In this document: positions 1-13,305 of the stretch, piece by piece
How the letters are laid out: each line of letters starts with the position of its first letter
Numbering within the stretch: position 1 is the first letter of the stretch
DNA from: Octopus sinensis
Lineage: Eukaryota
DNA: 64,000 nt
Assembly: GCF_006345805.1 (NCBI RefSeq)
Contig: NC_043017.1
Coordinates: 31,372,001 to 31,436,000, forward strand
Direction: 5' to 3'
Made by a program: the position numbers and the translations under genes
Notes under the pieces: generated by a model
The model's input: the letters and a program-made list of their open reading frames with translations, nothing else
Database searches by the model: none
What the model was told of the DNA's origin: nothing

Positions 1-40
<40 letters not shown>

Positions 41-110
41 CACCACACACACACACACATATATATATATATACATATATATATATACATATATATATAT
101 ATATGCATAT

Positions 111-429
111 TGGTAAAAACGGTAAGATAACAAAAGAAAGAAAGAGACCTCAATATTATGTAAATAGAGGAAATTTATCTGTAAATTAATATGTGACAAT
201 TATGCAATAGCCAAAATAAAACTCTGAGTTTCGGATGTCGAAGTGGAAATCCACAACACCATCTCTTCGGCTAGATGGTTATCTGAAAAACGCTATGTAA
301 AAAGCGTTTTCATACCGTTTTTCAGATGGCCAGATAACCGAAGAGATGGTGTTGTGGATTTCCACATTGGCATCCAAAACTCAGAGTTATATCTTGGCTA
401 TTGCATAATTGTCACATATTAATTTACAG

Positions 430-430
<1 letters not shown>
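111..430. mobile_element. Fold-back element in (TA)n; same family as 46695-46992; arms carry degenerate HHR-like motifs
   Basis: Inverted arms span 178-430 (tctgtaaattaatatgtgac...gtcacatattaatttacaga). The unique end 111-177 matches 46917-46992 in reverse orientation. Confidence 0.75.
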
Positions 431-485
<55 letters not shown>

Positions 486-487
486 TT

Positions 488-1112
488 AAATAGTGTACAT
501 TTAAACACTATTTTAAAATATGAATATGTTGTCTATTGACTGTTTATACATGCTAGGCCACTGGTGGTGATATTTATAACGAATATTCGCTACCCTATAA
601 ATGTAACTTGTGAATATGTTCTTACCAGTCTCGAAGATTCAGCTCCGCATTATATTTACTGCAGACAGAAACTGCGCCTGCAGGGAATTTTGAAAAGTTA
701 TAACATATAATGATGGGAACGTGTTATCTTGTCTCTGAATTATAAGTTAGTTACTGAGGCCGGTTACTGAGGAGAATTCGCCTGGCGGATAATATCGTTT
801 GCTAAATTACCTATTAAAGGGTGACAGATAATCTTATTTGTTAAAGAAATTTGAAACCATTGTATAACCGCAAATAAAAATAACAAGGTAAAATTTTTTA
901 TTTTTCATTTCCTTCGAAAATTGCTATTAAATCGGGGATTTGGCCGTGTTGGCTGCTTCTTCTAGCATGTAAACATTACCTGTTAAAGGGTAGTTTTCTT
1001 TTGTGTTTAAATGTACAATATCTTGTAATATGAATATGATGTCTATTGATATGCTAGGCAACTGGTGGCGATATTTATAACAAATATACACTACCCTATA
1101 TATGTATCTTAC
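488..1112 (+). mobile_element. Retrozyme-like or non-autonomous Penelope-like element: ~510-nt monomer plus partial repeat, short 5' inversion, one HHR
   Basis: Direct repeat 518-599 vs 1028-1100 (period 510). 494-508 is the reverse complement of 1003-1017. HHR at 761-870. Flanked by (TA)n. Confidence 0.7.
761..870 (+). ncRNA. Type I hammerhead ribozyme with long stem II
   Basis: cggtta-CTGAGGA-gaatt...aattt-GAAAC-catt-GTA-taaccg: 6-bp stem I, intact core, G-U closing pair on stem II, predicted cleavage after 864. Confidence 0.7.
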
Positions 1113-1113
1113 G

Positions 1114-1189
<76 letters not shown>

Positions 1190-1191
1190 AT

Positions 1192-1660
1192 CGTCATCAT
1201 CATCGTTTAATGTCTGCTTTTCATGCTAGCATGGATTGGATTATTTGACTGAGGACTGGCGAACCAGACGGCTGCACCAGGCTCCAATCTTGATCTAGCA
1301 GAGTTTCTACAGATAGGTGCCCTTCCTAACGCCAACCACTCCGAGAGTGTAGTGGGAGCTTTTACTGGCACGAGGGCCAATCAGGTGGTATTGGCAACGG
1401 CCACACTCAAATTGTGCTTTTACGTGTCACTTGCACAGGAGCCAGTCCAGTGGCACCGGCAACAACATTGCTCAAATGTTTTTCCACGTTCCACCAGCGC
1501 AAGTGGCACTAAGGTGACGCTGGTAACGATAACGCTTGAATGGTGCTTTTTACGTGCCACCAGCATGGAAGCCAGTTAGCTGCTCTGGCAACAATCATGC
1601 TCAGATAGTGCTCTTAACACTCCATTAGCATGGATGCCAGTCATCGAATTTGATTTCACA
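1192..1660 (-). mobile_element. RTE LINE 3'-end fragment with (GAT)n tail
   Basis: Matches the 3' end of the RTE at 16.2 kb (catcatcgtttaa...catgctagcatgg; gcccttcctaacgccaacc). Confidence 0.8.
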
Positions 1661-1674
1661 TATATATATATATA

Positions 1675-1717
<43 letters not shown>

Positions 1718-1985
1718 TATACATATATATATTATAATTGAATACATATAAGATAAACAAAAATTACTTTTATCTATAGGCTGAAACAGCTGTAAGGAGT
1801 GATTTTATTGATTTCAATAATTTATATTATGATTTTTTATAATTGTATTCTTATTTTATATGTATTGAATTATAATGTATATATGTATACTATTAAGGTT
1901 CTCATTTTTGTTAAATGAATAAATAAGTCAACATTCTTATATATACATATATATATATATATAATATATATATAATATATATATA

Positions 1986-2200
1986 ATTGTGGCACTCTGT
2001 CAGTTATGACAATGAGGGTTCTAGTTGATCTGATTAATGAATGGCCTGCTCATGTAATTAACGTGCACTTGGCTGAGAACTCCACAGACACATGTATCCT
2101 TAACGTAGTTCTTGGGGAGAGTCAGGATGGCACAGAATGTGAGAAGGCTGGCCCCTTTGAAATACAGGTACAACAGAAACAAGAAAAAAGAGTGAGAGAA
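1986..2200. mobile_element. SINE-like dispersed repeat; related copy at 46290-46560
   Basis: Shared gacaatgagggttc...ccttaacgtagttct...ggggaga sequence in both copies. Confidence 0.55.
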
Positions 2201-2328
2201 AGTTGTAGTGAAAAAATACTGCAGGGTTCACCATAAGCCCCTGCCAGAGCCTCATGGCACTTCAGGTACTTTTGCTCAATAAACACTCACAACACCCAGT
2301 CTGGGTATCGAAACTGCGATCCTACATG

Positions 2329-2387
<59 letters not shown>

Positions 2388-2798
2388 ACATGCACACACG
2401 TGTATATATGTATATACAAATATGTATATATATTTATGTATATATGTGTGTGTATATATATATATAACTAAATAATTAAATAAATACATATATATATGCA
2501 CACATGTATGTATACATATATGTACACATATATATGTACATAAATATAAACACACACACATATATACATATATCCACATGTATGTATACATAATTGTACA
2601 CATATATATGTAAATAAATATAAACAAACATACATATATGTACATATACATATATACATACACACATACACATATGTATATACAAATATGTATATATGTT
2701 TAATATATATCTGCATGTATATATATGTATATATGTATGTATATGCATATATATTTATGTCTGTGTAAGTATGAATGTATATATACAGATATATATAT

Positions 2799-2841
<43 letters not shown>

Positions 2842-2930
2842 ATATATATATATACAGATATATATATTATATATATATTATTATATATATATATATATAT
2901 ATATATACATACAGATATATATATAATATA

Positions 2931-3343
2931 TACTCTTTACTCTCTTTTACTCTTTTACTTGTTTCAGTCATTTGACTGCGGCCATGCTGGAGCACCGCCT
3001 TTAGTCGAGCAACTCGACCCCGGGACTTATTCTTTTTGTAAGCCCAGTACTTATTCTATCGATCTCTTTTTGCCGAACCGCTAAGTGACGGGGACATAAA
3101 CACACCAGCATCGGTTGTCAAGCAATGCTAGGGAGACAAACACAGACACACAAACACACACACATACATATATATATATATACATATATACGACAGGCTT
3201 CTTTCAGTTTCCGTCTACCAAATTCACTCACAAGGCATTGGTCGGCCCGGGGCTATAGCAGAAGACACTTGCCCAAGATGCCACGCAGTGGGACTGAACC
3301 CGGAACTATGTGGTTTGTTAGCAAGCTACTTACCACACAGCCA
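2931..3343 (-). mobile_element. CORE-type tRNA-derived SINE with internal (TA)n and (GTAAAAGA)n tail
   Basis: Matches the family consensus seen more than 20 times in this window. Confidence 0.9.
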
Positions 3344-3349
3344 ATATAC

Positions 3350-3425
<76 letters not shown>

Positions 3426-3929
3426 CTGCACACACGAAGTCAGCATGGGTCAACATAAAACAAACTGAAGGAAATGAGATGATAGAAGGATAACAATATA
3501 TCCATGGATGCAAGCAAAATTCTTTTCATCTTCCAATACTAAAATCTCCGACGATGCCAGAAGACAGAAAGAAACGCTTAACAGTCTAAGACATAAATTT
3601 ATAATAGAAAAAAAAAAAAACTTTTTCAAATTTCAAACCGACACTGGATCTGTATATATACATACACATAACATAATCATATATACTTCACAACAAAAAC
3701 CTCAATTGCTGTGAAGCCGTAAAATTTCTTTCAGAGCAGGCTCAATAAGAAATTTGAAATTAATTAAATTCAACCTATGATGGTATTGTCTACGTTTATA
3801 AAACAGAAGAGAATAGAAGAGTCTCGAATACATCATAGAATATAGATATGTATAAACAATAAATTTTACGGACATATTGTAATAATTTTACAAATTAAAG
3901 TATCGTGTTGTGAGTCAGTCTTCTTCTCC

Positions 3930-4075
3930 GCAACCATTCTTTCATTTCCTCTCTTGTATGCTTATCTCTTTGAGTTACCAATAATACTTCAGTCGTTCGC
4001 TGGTATTATCTGTCTTTTATGTTGAGTTTTGGTTTGATACTTCAAAAGAATATATGAAGTGTCTTGGGTACACTG
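3930..4075 (-). pseudogene. Degenerate Penelope-like GIY-YIG fragment
   Basis: Minus strand reads TDNTSERLKYYW*LKEISIQ, resembling the PLE endonuclease segment LSKYxWxLKEKxI. Confidence 0.35.
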
Positions 4076-4294
4076 GAGATATCTATCTATCTACCTATCT
4101 ATGTATATATATATAATATATATACATAAGTAGAGAGGTGTACGTTTGTGGATATATATATATAAATGTCCCTACATACACATTTATATTCATATATATA
4201 TATATATATATTTATATATACAAATGCACATTTATATTTATATATATATAAGTATATATATATGAAATATGTATCTATGTATATGACTATATGT

Positions 4295-4375
<81 letters not shown>

Positions 4376-5400
4376 CATATTGCTATTCTTTCATATTTAT
4401 AAAATGTGTATGCGCTTATACTATGTATATATAAAATCATAAAACATATAGAAATCTTAGATTTAAATGTGTGTGTGTGTGTGTCTGTGTGCATACTCAC
4501 ATGTACAACTACATATAAATTTATGCTTACTTATATGCATTTATATGTGTATGTGTCTATGCAGGCGTTTACGTATATGAGTACGTGAGAATATGCGTGT
4601 GTGTTCATGTGTGTATATGTGTATATGTGTGTATATGTGTGTGTATTATACCTATATAAATATAAATATATATGTATATATTCACTGATGCACATATATA
4701 TATACATACACAAAAACATGTAATTATACACACACACACATATATATATATGCATGTATATATATATATATGTGTATGTGTATATATATATGTATATATA
4801 TGTATATATATACATACATATATATATATATGTATATATGTATATATATGTATATAATATATATGTATATATATATATGTATATATATATATGTATATAT
4901 ATGTGTGTGTGTATATATATATAATATATATTATATGTGTGTGTGTGTGTATGTATGTATATAGATAGATTGATAGATATAGATATAAATATATAATAGA
5001 GAGAGAGAGAGAGAGACTTGTGGATATAGATATGTAGGCATATACAGCTGTATATGCACACACAAACACACACAGACACACAGACAGACACACACACACA
5101 CATATATATATATATATTCACACACAGGACAAAAGCTGATGCTTCAATCTGATGCTACACCTTGTCTTCTTGTTAGTCTCTTCTCTGAATTTATTCAGGC
5201 AAGAAAGTGAATTATCAGCTGCTATCGAATACAACATCACCAATGCAAGTATTGAACACTTTTGTGTCGCTTGTGTATAGATTTATACAAGGATGACACC
5301 AGTGAAAAACTACCAAACCACTCTGGTCTGGCTCTCTTGACCAAACACATACGAACAAGGAGTTCTATGTTACCCTAGAAATGTATGTATAGCTTGAGGT

Positions 5401-5817
5401 ATACTCTTACTCTCTCTTTTACTCTTTTACTTGTTTCAGTCATTTGTCTGTGGCCATGCTGGAGCACCGCCTTTAGTCGAGCAAATCGACCCCAGGACTT
5501 ATTCTTTGTAAACCTAGTACTTATTCTATCGGGTTTTTTTTTGCCGAACCGCTAAGTTACAGGTACATAAACGCACAAGCATCGGTTGTCAAGCAATGCT
5601 AGGGGGACAAACACAGACACACAAACATATATACACACATATATATATATACGACGGGCTTCTTTCAGTTTCCGTCTACCAAATCCACTCACAAGGCTTT
5701 GGTCGGCCCGAGGTTATAGTAGAAGACACTTGCCCAAGGTGCCACGCAGTGGGACTGAACCCGGAACCATGTGGTTGGTAAGCAAGCTACTTACCACACA
5801 GCCACTCCTGCGCCTAT
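5401..5817 (-). mobile_element. CORE-type SINE
   Basis: Full-length family match. Confidence 0.9.
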
Positions 5818-5909
5818 GTTTATCTTGCATTTATTAATATAAGAAAATCTACACACACATCTAATTGAAGAATGGACTGGTCGTGCTTTAGTTTCCTGTA
5901 CCACATTAA

Positions 5910-6168
5910 CCCTTTCGTTAAAAGCATTAAGAATGGTTTCTCTATTACATATTTTAATCCTTTTGTTACCATATTTCTGTTGAGATTCTCTGTGTTTCTC
6001 TCAATTAATTCTAAATGTAACAATGAATTTAGTGAAATAGCTTAGTTATCATTAAGCTAGTGTTAGGAACATAAATTGTGAGTAAGGGTTAGTGGAAGAT
6101 TTTAATTCAAAACAAGACATTTGTACTCAGAGCCAGAGACTGTTTCAGCCAGGTTGGTAACGAAAGGG
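5910..6168. mobile_element. piggyBac-like MITE
   Basis: TTAA-ccctttcgtta ... taacgaaaggg-TTAA (TSD 5906-5909 and 6169-6172). Partial copy at 20508-20660. Confidence 0.8.
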
Positions 6169-6187
6169 TTAAACATTAGACACATAA

Positions 6188-6974
6188 ATCATCATCATCA
6201 TCATCATCATCGTACGTCTGCGTTACATGTTGGCATGGGTTGGATGGTTTGACTGGAGCTGGTGAGCCGGAGAGCTGCCCTAGGCTCCAGTAGTCATCAG
6301 TTTTGGGTAGGTTTCTACAGCTAGATGCCCTTCCTAATGCCAACCATCTCACAGAATGGCACTGGGAGCTTTCTACATGGCATCAGCACATGTACCTATC
6401 ATGTGGTACTGGCACAGGTGCTCTTTACATGGCCCCAGCGCTAACAGGGTCGCCAAAGTAAATTGAAAGACAAAGACTTCTTCTTAGTTCAGAGAATTGA
6501 GTAGAACTGAGGGAAGTAGCTATGTGCCAGGTAGGAGGGACAGATAGTCATCTTACAATGGAGGAGATACTTGGCTACCCCAGGAGGACAGGGAAAGAGA
6601 ATGAAGGTGCATACGAGGTGGAATGGCATGGCCAAAATGGACATGCATGCATAAGTGGGAGGCCACAATTCTACATAGCTTGATGTGTCTTCACAAGCAC
6701 AGAAGATCACCAGATATCTCAGTCACTTACAATATTCACTTTGAGGCTCAGCATCCAAAGATCGTTTCTCAGCACTTCATCCCAAGTCTGGGTCTATCAC
6801 TTCCACAGATTCCTTCCACAATATAGGCGCAGGAGTGGCTGTGTGGTAAGTAGCTTGCTAACCAACCACATGGTTCCGGGTTCAGTCCCACTGCGTGGCA
6901 TCTACTATAGCCTCGGGCCGACCAAAGCCTTATGAGTGGATTTGATAGACGGAAACTGAAAGAAGCTTGTCGTA

Positions 6975-7020
<46 letters not shown>

Positions 7021-7600
7021 TGTGTGTGTGTATATGTTTGTGTGTCTGTGTTTGTCCCTCCAGCATTGCTTGACAACAGGTGCTGGTGTGTTGACATCCC
7101 CGTCACTTAGCAGTTCAGCAAAAGAGACCAATAGAATAAATACTGGGCTTACAAAGAATAAGTCCCGGGGTCGATTTGCTCGACTAAAGGTGGTGCTCCA
7201 GCATGGCCACAGTCAAATGACTGAAACAAGTAAAAGAGTAAAAGAGTAAAAGAGTAAAGAGAATTAGAGATCAACAGCTCTCCTTTGCACAGCTCTCCTC
7301 ATCCATTCACATCACATGACCATATCATATCAGCACAGTCTTCTCTCTTGCACCTTACACCTGATGCCTCTTTTACCCAATTTTTCTCTTAGAACATATT
7401 CTCTTGTACATGCACACTGACACTCCATATCCAGCAGAGCATGTTGGCTTCATTTCTTTCAAGCCTTCGCATGTCATCCGCAGACACAGTCCATGTTCCT
7501 GCCATGTAGCACATCTGTCCATACACAGGCATCATACAGCTACCTTTCACTCTGAGGGAGAAGCCATTTGTAACCAAAAATGTTAATAGCTCTCTAAACT
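6188..7600 (-). mobile_element. Old RTE LINE 3' fragment interrupted by a SINE
   Basis: (CAT)n tail at 6188. ORF 7389-7577 (FSLRVKG...TWTVSADDMRRLERNEANML) is homologous to the RTE ORF at 17018-17293. Confidence 0.75.
6823..7258 (+). mobile_element. CORE-type SINE
   Basis: Full-length family match. Confidence 0.9.
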
Positions 7601-7604
7601 TTGC

Positions 7605-7800
7605 CTAGCCTGTTCTATATTTAGGAGATGAGGAATTATATGCATTATTTACATTATTTACAATTGACGGATATTTGTCCTCATCTTGTTTGTTGCTAAC
7701 ACAACGTTTCGGCTGATATACCCTACAGCCTTCATCAGGTGTCTTGGGAAAATTTCGAACCTGGGTTCACATTCCTAAGGTGTTTTTAGATGTTGTAATT
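7605..7800 (-). mobile_element. Penelope-like terminal (pLTR) fragment with minimal HHR
   Basis: Contains the HHR at 7698-7743 and is unrelated to the flanking RTE sequence. Confidence 0.55.
7698..7743 (-). ncRNA. Minimal type I hammerhead ribozyme
   Basis: Minus strand: gacac-CTGATGA-a-ggctg-tagggtatat-cagcc-GAAAC-GTT-gtgtt. Stem III is the palindrome AACGTT. Confidence 0.7.
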
Positions 7801-8122
7801 ACACTGTACATGTATGGCAAAGTGCAAATGTATTGAGAAAAAAAATTTGGGAATAAGAGGAATCAAATGTATCATGCAAGAGAGAAGACTATGTTGGTTT
7901 GGACATGTGATGTGTATGAATGAGGACAGCTGCATAAAGAAGTGCTGATCACTGAAAGTGAATGGTATATAGAAAGTGAGAGAGAGAGAGAGAGAGAGAG
8001 GGAAGTGGGATTTTATATAGATAGCAAGCTATACAGACAGACAAATATAAATATAGATATATATTTGATATATACAGTCACAAGCATATAACCAGGCATC
8101 CAAATTTCCAAACCTTTATGGT

Positions 8123-8533
8123 GCAGGAGTGGCTGTGTGGTAAGTAGCTTGCTAACCAACCACATGGTTCCGGGTTCAGTCCCACTGCGTGGCATCTTGG
8201 TCAAGTGTCTTCTGCTATAGCCCCGGGACAACCAATGCTTTGTGAGTGGATTTGTTAAACGGAAACTGAAAGAAGCCTGTCGTATATATGTGTATATATA
8301 TATGCGTGTGTGTGTTTGTGTGTATGTGTTTTTCCCCCGAGCATTGCTTGACAACCGATGCTGGTGTGTTTACGTCCCCGTCACTTAGCGGTTCGGCAAA
8401 ACAGACCGATAGAATAAGTACTGGGCTTACAAAGAATAAGTCACGGGGTCGATTTGCTTGACTAAAGGCGGTGCTCCAGCATGGCCACAGTCAAATGACT
8501 GAAGCAAATAAAAGAGTAAAAGAGTAAAAGAGT
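8123..8533 (+). mobile_element. CORE-type SINE
   Basis: Full-length family match. Confidence 0.9.
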
Positions 8534-9640
8534 ATGTATTTCAAATGTATCCGATTTACTGGAATCCATTGACAGTCAAAATTAAAATAACACTCATAGA
8601 AGTATACATTCCATATCCCTGCTCCTCTTCCATACCACTGCTTTCTCCATTGCTGTCTGTTTCTGTTTCTCTGCCCATTCCCCTCTGCCCTCTCATCCCC
8701 TCTCTCTCTCCCATCTTAATCTTTTGTTGCTTATCCTTTTCCTTGATAACGCATTTGTTGGTTTTGTAAAAACACGAGTATCTTACAAATATAAATCTGA
8801 TACAAGTTGTGTCTCTTCCATCCAGATGTTTTCGTTGCAATACCATGTAATATATTTGGATTTACAGAATGAGACCTTCTGTTTAAATTCTATGATTTCA
8901 ATCCAAAATATCGTCGCATGTCAACGAGTTAAGTTGTGAGGAATGGAAAAGTCTCATGTTGCAAAGCTCTGGCCACCCACTCAATACCCTACACCAAATA
9001 AGCTGATATTCCATGAGATTATCCACTAAACTGTATTACCCGACAACACCCTGCAAAACCATATGAAAGGAGCTGTTGTTTCAATTACTTATTTAATCTA
9101 TCACACCAGGCCCTCAATAACAATCCACCATATTTTATTTTAAACGAGCTGCTAATTGTCTCTCATCTAATCAACTGCAATTCCATTGGTCGACATATTA
9201 GTTTCTTCAATAACGAACATTGCACTAATTGCTTTGAGTATTTACTTTACCTCATTGGGTTTCTCATTTTAAATCTCACCAAGGTTGACTTGCCATTCGA
9301 CCTCCTAGGGGTCAATGAAATAAATCCTAATGTAGAGTGTTGGATTGGTTGGATTACTAGAATATCAAGGAGAGTTCACTGTGGTATTTGTTTCAGATCT
9401 TTGAGTTCCAGGTTCAAACCCACCTTTAGCCTACTTGGCTGAATAGACTTACCCCACTCATTGGCCTTGTTTAACCTTTTACCTTTTAAACCAGTCATAT
9501 CCAGCCAAAACAAGCCAGCCAGATCCTACCTCTCGTACATACCCTCAATTGTCATTCTAAAAATCTACAACATCATTGAAATCTCAAAGCTACATCATAA
9601 TGCCTGATTGTGAACAAAACATTGTGAATAAATAAGCATA

Positions 9641-10065
9641 TAGGCGCAGGAATGGCTGTGTGGTAAGTAGCTTGCTAACCAACCACATGGTTCCGGTTTC
9701 AGTCCCACTGCGTGGCACCTTGGGCAAGTGTCTTCTGCTAAAGCCCCGGGCCGACCAATGCCTTGTGAGTGGATTTGGTAGACAGAAACTGAAAGAAGCC
9801 TGTCGTATATATGTATATATATATATATATAAGTGTGTGTGTATATGTTTGTGTGTCTGTGTTTGTGCCCCTAGCATTGCTTGACAACCGATGCTGGTGT
9901 GTTTACGTCCCCGTCACTTAGCGGTTCGGCAAAAGAGACCGATAGAATAAGTACTGGGCTTACAAAGAATAAGTCCCGGGGTCGATTTGCTCGACTAAAG
10001 TCGGTGCTCCAGCATGGCCGCAGTCAAATGACTGAAACAAGTAGAAGAGTAAAGAGAGTAAAGAG
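9641..10065 (+). mobile_element. CORE-type SINE
   Basis: Full-length family match. Confidence 0.9.
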
Positions 10066-10160
10066 TATTGCATTTGACAGAATAATCTGAATGCTAACAT
10101 TATAAAGCGGGTAGATATATAGACAGAGAGGTTAATTTCATCATTAGGATATATATATAT

Positions 10161-10319
10161 ATATTGTTGTATTTCGGAATGGTCAATTTGCCAGTTTAGC
10201 CAATAAAAACACACGCACTATATATTTGGTGTTACTTTGTTTCAGTAACACTAAATATATAGTGCGTGTGTTTTTATTGGCTAAACTGGCAAAAGGACCA
10301 TTCCAAAATACAACAATAT
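10161..10319. repeat. Near-perfect palindrome (~76-bp arms, 7-nt loop)
   Basis: ...ggtgttact-ttgtttc-agtaacact...; the arms extend to ttgttgtattt / aaatacaacaa. Confidence 0.9.
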
Positions 10320-10467
10320 CTGTTTCAACACACGATTTCACATAAAAAATCTAGCACAACAAATATATAAACGTATATATATATATATATGTATATGTGT
10401 ATGTATATATGTACATATATATTTATGTGAGTATGTGTGTGTGTAAACACGCATAGATACACACATG

Positions 10468-10499
<32 letters not shown>

Positions 10500-10989
10500 G
10501 AGGGTGCAGTGAATATATTGTTGTCTAAATTATGCAAAAATGAAAATAACATTGAAATCTCATTTTAACAGATATATTTACCAAAATTACTTGAAAGAAT
10601 GGCTTGAAATACTAAAGAGTAAATTTATTCAATAAAATCGCCATTGGCTTCGACCACAGCCTCCAGACTACATCACAATCTCATGCAACTCTTCTGGATG
10701 GTCTCTTTGTTGGTGAATATTGCCATAATTATATATACGACAGGCTTCTTTCAGTTTCCGTCTACCAAATCCACTCGCAAGGCTTTGGTCAGCCCGAGGC
10801 TATAGTAGAAGGTGCCACACAGTGGGACTGAACCCGGAACCATGTGGTTGGAAAGCAAGATATTTACCACACAGCCACTCCTGCACCTGTATATATATGT
10901 ATATACATATATATACACACAAACTTACACATACATTTACTCTTTCTGTCTCACACACACATACACACACATTTGCCTTCCTGTCTTTC

Positions 10990-11401
10990 TCCCACTCACT
11001 TACTTACACATACACATGCAATTTCCTCTCTTATACACACACACACGCGCGCACACAAAACACACACACACACAAATGCACACAAACACATACTGTACAC
11101 ACACAAACACACACAGACACACACAGACACATACAGACACATACACACACAGACACATACAGACACATACACACACAGACACATACACACAGACACATAC
11201 ACAGTACACACACAGTACACACACACACGCACGCACACACAGTACACACATACACACACACACAAACACACACACACAGTACACACACACAAACACACAT
11301 ACACACACGCACGCACACACAGTACACACATACACACACACAAACACACACACACAGTACAAACACACACACACACACACAGTACACACAAACACAAAAA
11401 C

Positions 11402-11432
<31 letters not shown>

Positions 11433-12149
11433 GTACACACACACACAAACACACACACACACACACACACACACAGTACACACACACACACCCACACACA
11501 CACTGCGTCAGCCTCCATTGTCTGTTCCCAACAACAGTGTTTCCATTTGATTTCTCTCCATTCTTTAGCATTATGTGATATATTGCATTGCAAATTACGT
11601 TCTTTTGTCATCATCGTCATCGTCATCACCATCATCACCACTGTCACCACCACTACCACCACTGTTGACTCCGATGCCACCGACGCCGATGCTGCCGCCT
11701 CCACCACCCACCACCAACCACCACCTGCCACCACCCCCATCATCGTCATCAACATCACCATCTCCATCATCACTGTCATAATATATTATTGTCCTTGGGA
11801 TCTTTCAATTGAAAATGCTGCAAATTTTCTTTGTTGTACGTGAAATAAACATCATCCTCATCATTATCACCATCATCACCATCATCACCACCATCATCAT
11901 CACCATCATCACCATCATCATTATCACCATCATCATTATCACCATCATCACCATCATCATCATCATTGTCATCACCGTCATCACCATCACCATCATCATT
12001 ATCATCACCATCACCATCATCATCACCATCATCATCACCATCATCATCATCACCAAAACCACCACCACCACCACTATCACCACCACCATCACCACCACCA
12101 CCACCACCATCAGCACCACCATCATCATCATCATCCTCATCAACACCAC

Positions 12150-12185
<36 letters not shown>

Positions 12186-12200
12186 TAGCAACATCATGCC
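10990..12200. repeat. Compound (CA)n-type and (CAT/CAC)n simple repeats
   Basis: Direct reading; explains the His/Thr/Ile-rich ORFs. Confidence 0.95.
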
Positions 12201-12882
12201 TACACAATGTAGCAAATTTTCTTAACTCATCATGCATGGAAAACCATTTTGTGTACATCAATTGTTCATGCTTGATTCGTTTTCTCACCTAAAAAAGCGT
12301 TAATTTTTTTTTTAGTCTATCACCATACAACCTGCCACCCTCACCACCCCCACCACACACACACACACACCCATCTGATCATTGGGAAATCAAAAAATCA
12401 ACCATTTAACATCAAGTTACTGCACTTCAGTTCTAATTCTGAGAATTATCTGTATATAAGAAATTTCTTCAATTTAATTAAGCATCTAGCTGGTGCTGCA
12501 CTAATTATATTCTGATTACCATTGACAGTAAATCTGCATCATTACTGACCCATCTGAGACAGCTAAACAAGTGACTGCCACTACGTTCTACTTGGTAAAC
12601 CCCTTCGCATCCCAAAACCCTTAAGTGGTTCGACAACTCGCATGTGAGCAATACAAGGAATTTTCTACTTACAAAAGCAAAGCATAAATCACAATCTACT
12701 CCTAAACAGTTTAACCAATAATGCAATCTTAAAGATAACTCACTTGGCTTCTAGACCGAAAACAAGTATTCTTGAATTCTTCAATGATAATCGCTTCCCA
12801 TTTTCCAGAATCTGCCAATGTACCACTCATCATCATCATTGTTTAACATCCTCTTTCTGTGCTGGCATGGGTTTGATGGTTT

Positions 12883-13305
12883 ACTCTTTACTCTTTTACT
12901 CTTTTACTTGTTTCAATCATTTGACTGCGGCCATGCTGGAGCACCGCCTTTAATCGAGCAACTCGATCCCGAGACTTATTCTTTTGTAAGCCCAGTACTT
13001 ATTCTATCGGTCTCTTTTGCCGAACCGCTAAGTAACGGGGACATAAACACACCAGCATCGGTTGTCAAGCAATGCTAGGGGACAAACACAGACACACAAA
13101 CACATACACATACATACATATATATATATTATATACGACAGGCTTCTTTCAGTTTCCGTCTACCAAATCCACTCACAAGGCTTTGGTCGGCCCGAGGCTA
13201 TAGTAGAAGACACTTGCCCAAGGTGCCACGCAGTGGGACTGAACCCGAACCCGGAACCATGTGGTCGGTAAACAAGCTACTTACCACACAGCCACTCCTG
13301 CGCCT
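12883..13305 (-). mobile_element. CORE-type SINE
   Basis: Full-length family match. Confidence 0.9.

Noticed and set aside
3795-3840. cagaaga...tctcgaatac as a degenerate HHR
   Set aside because: Both core halves are mutated and there is no stem I.
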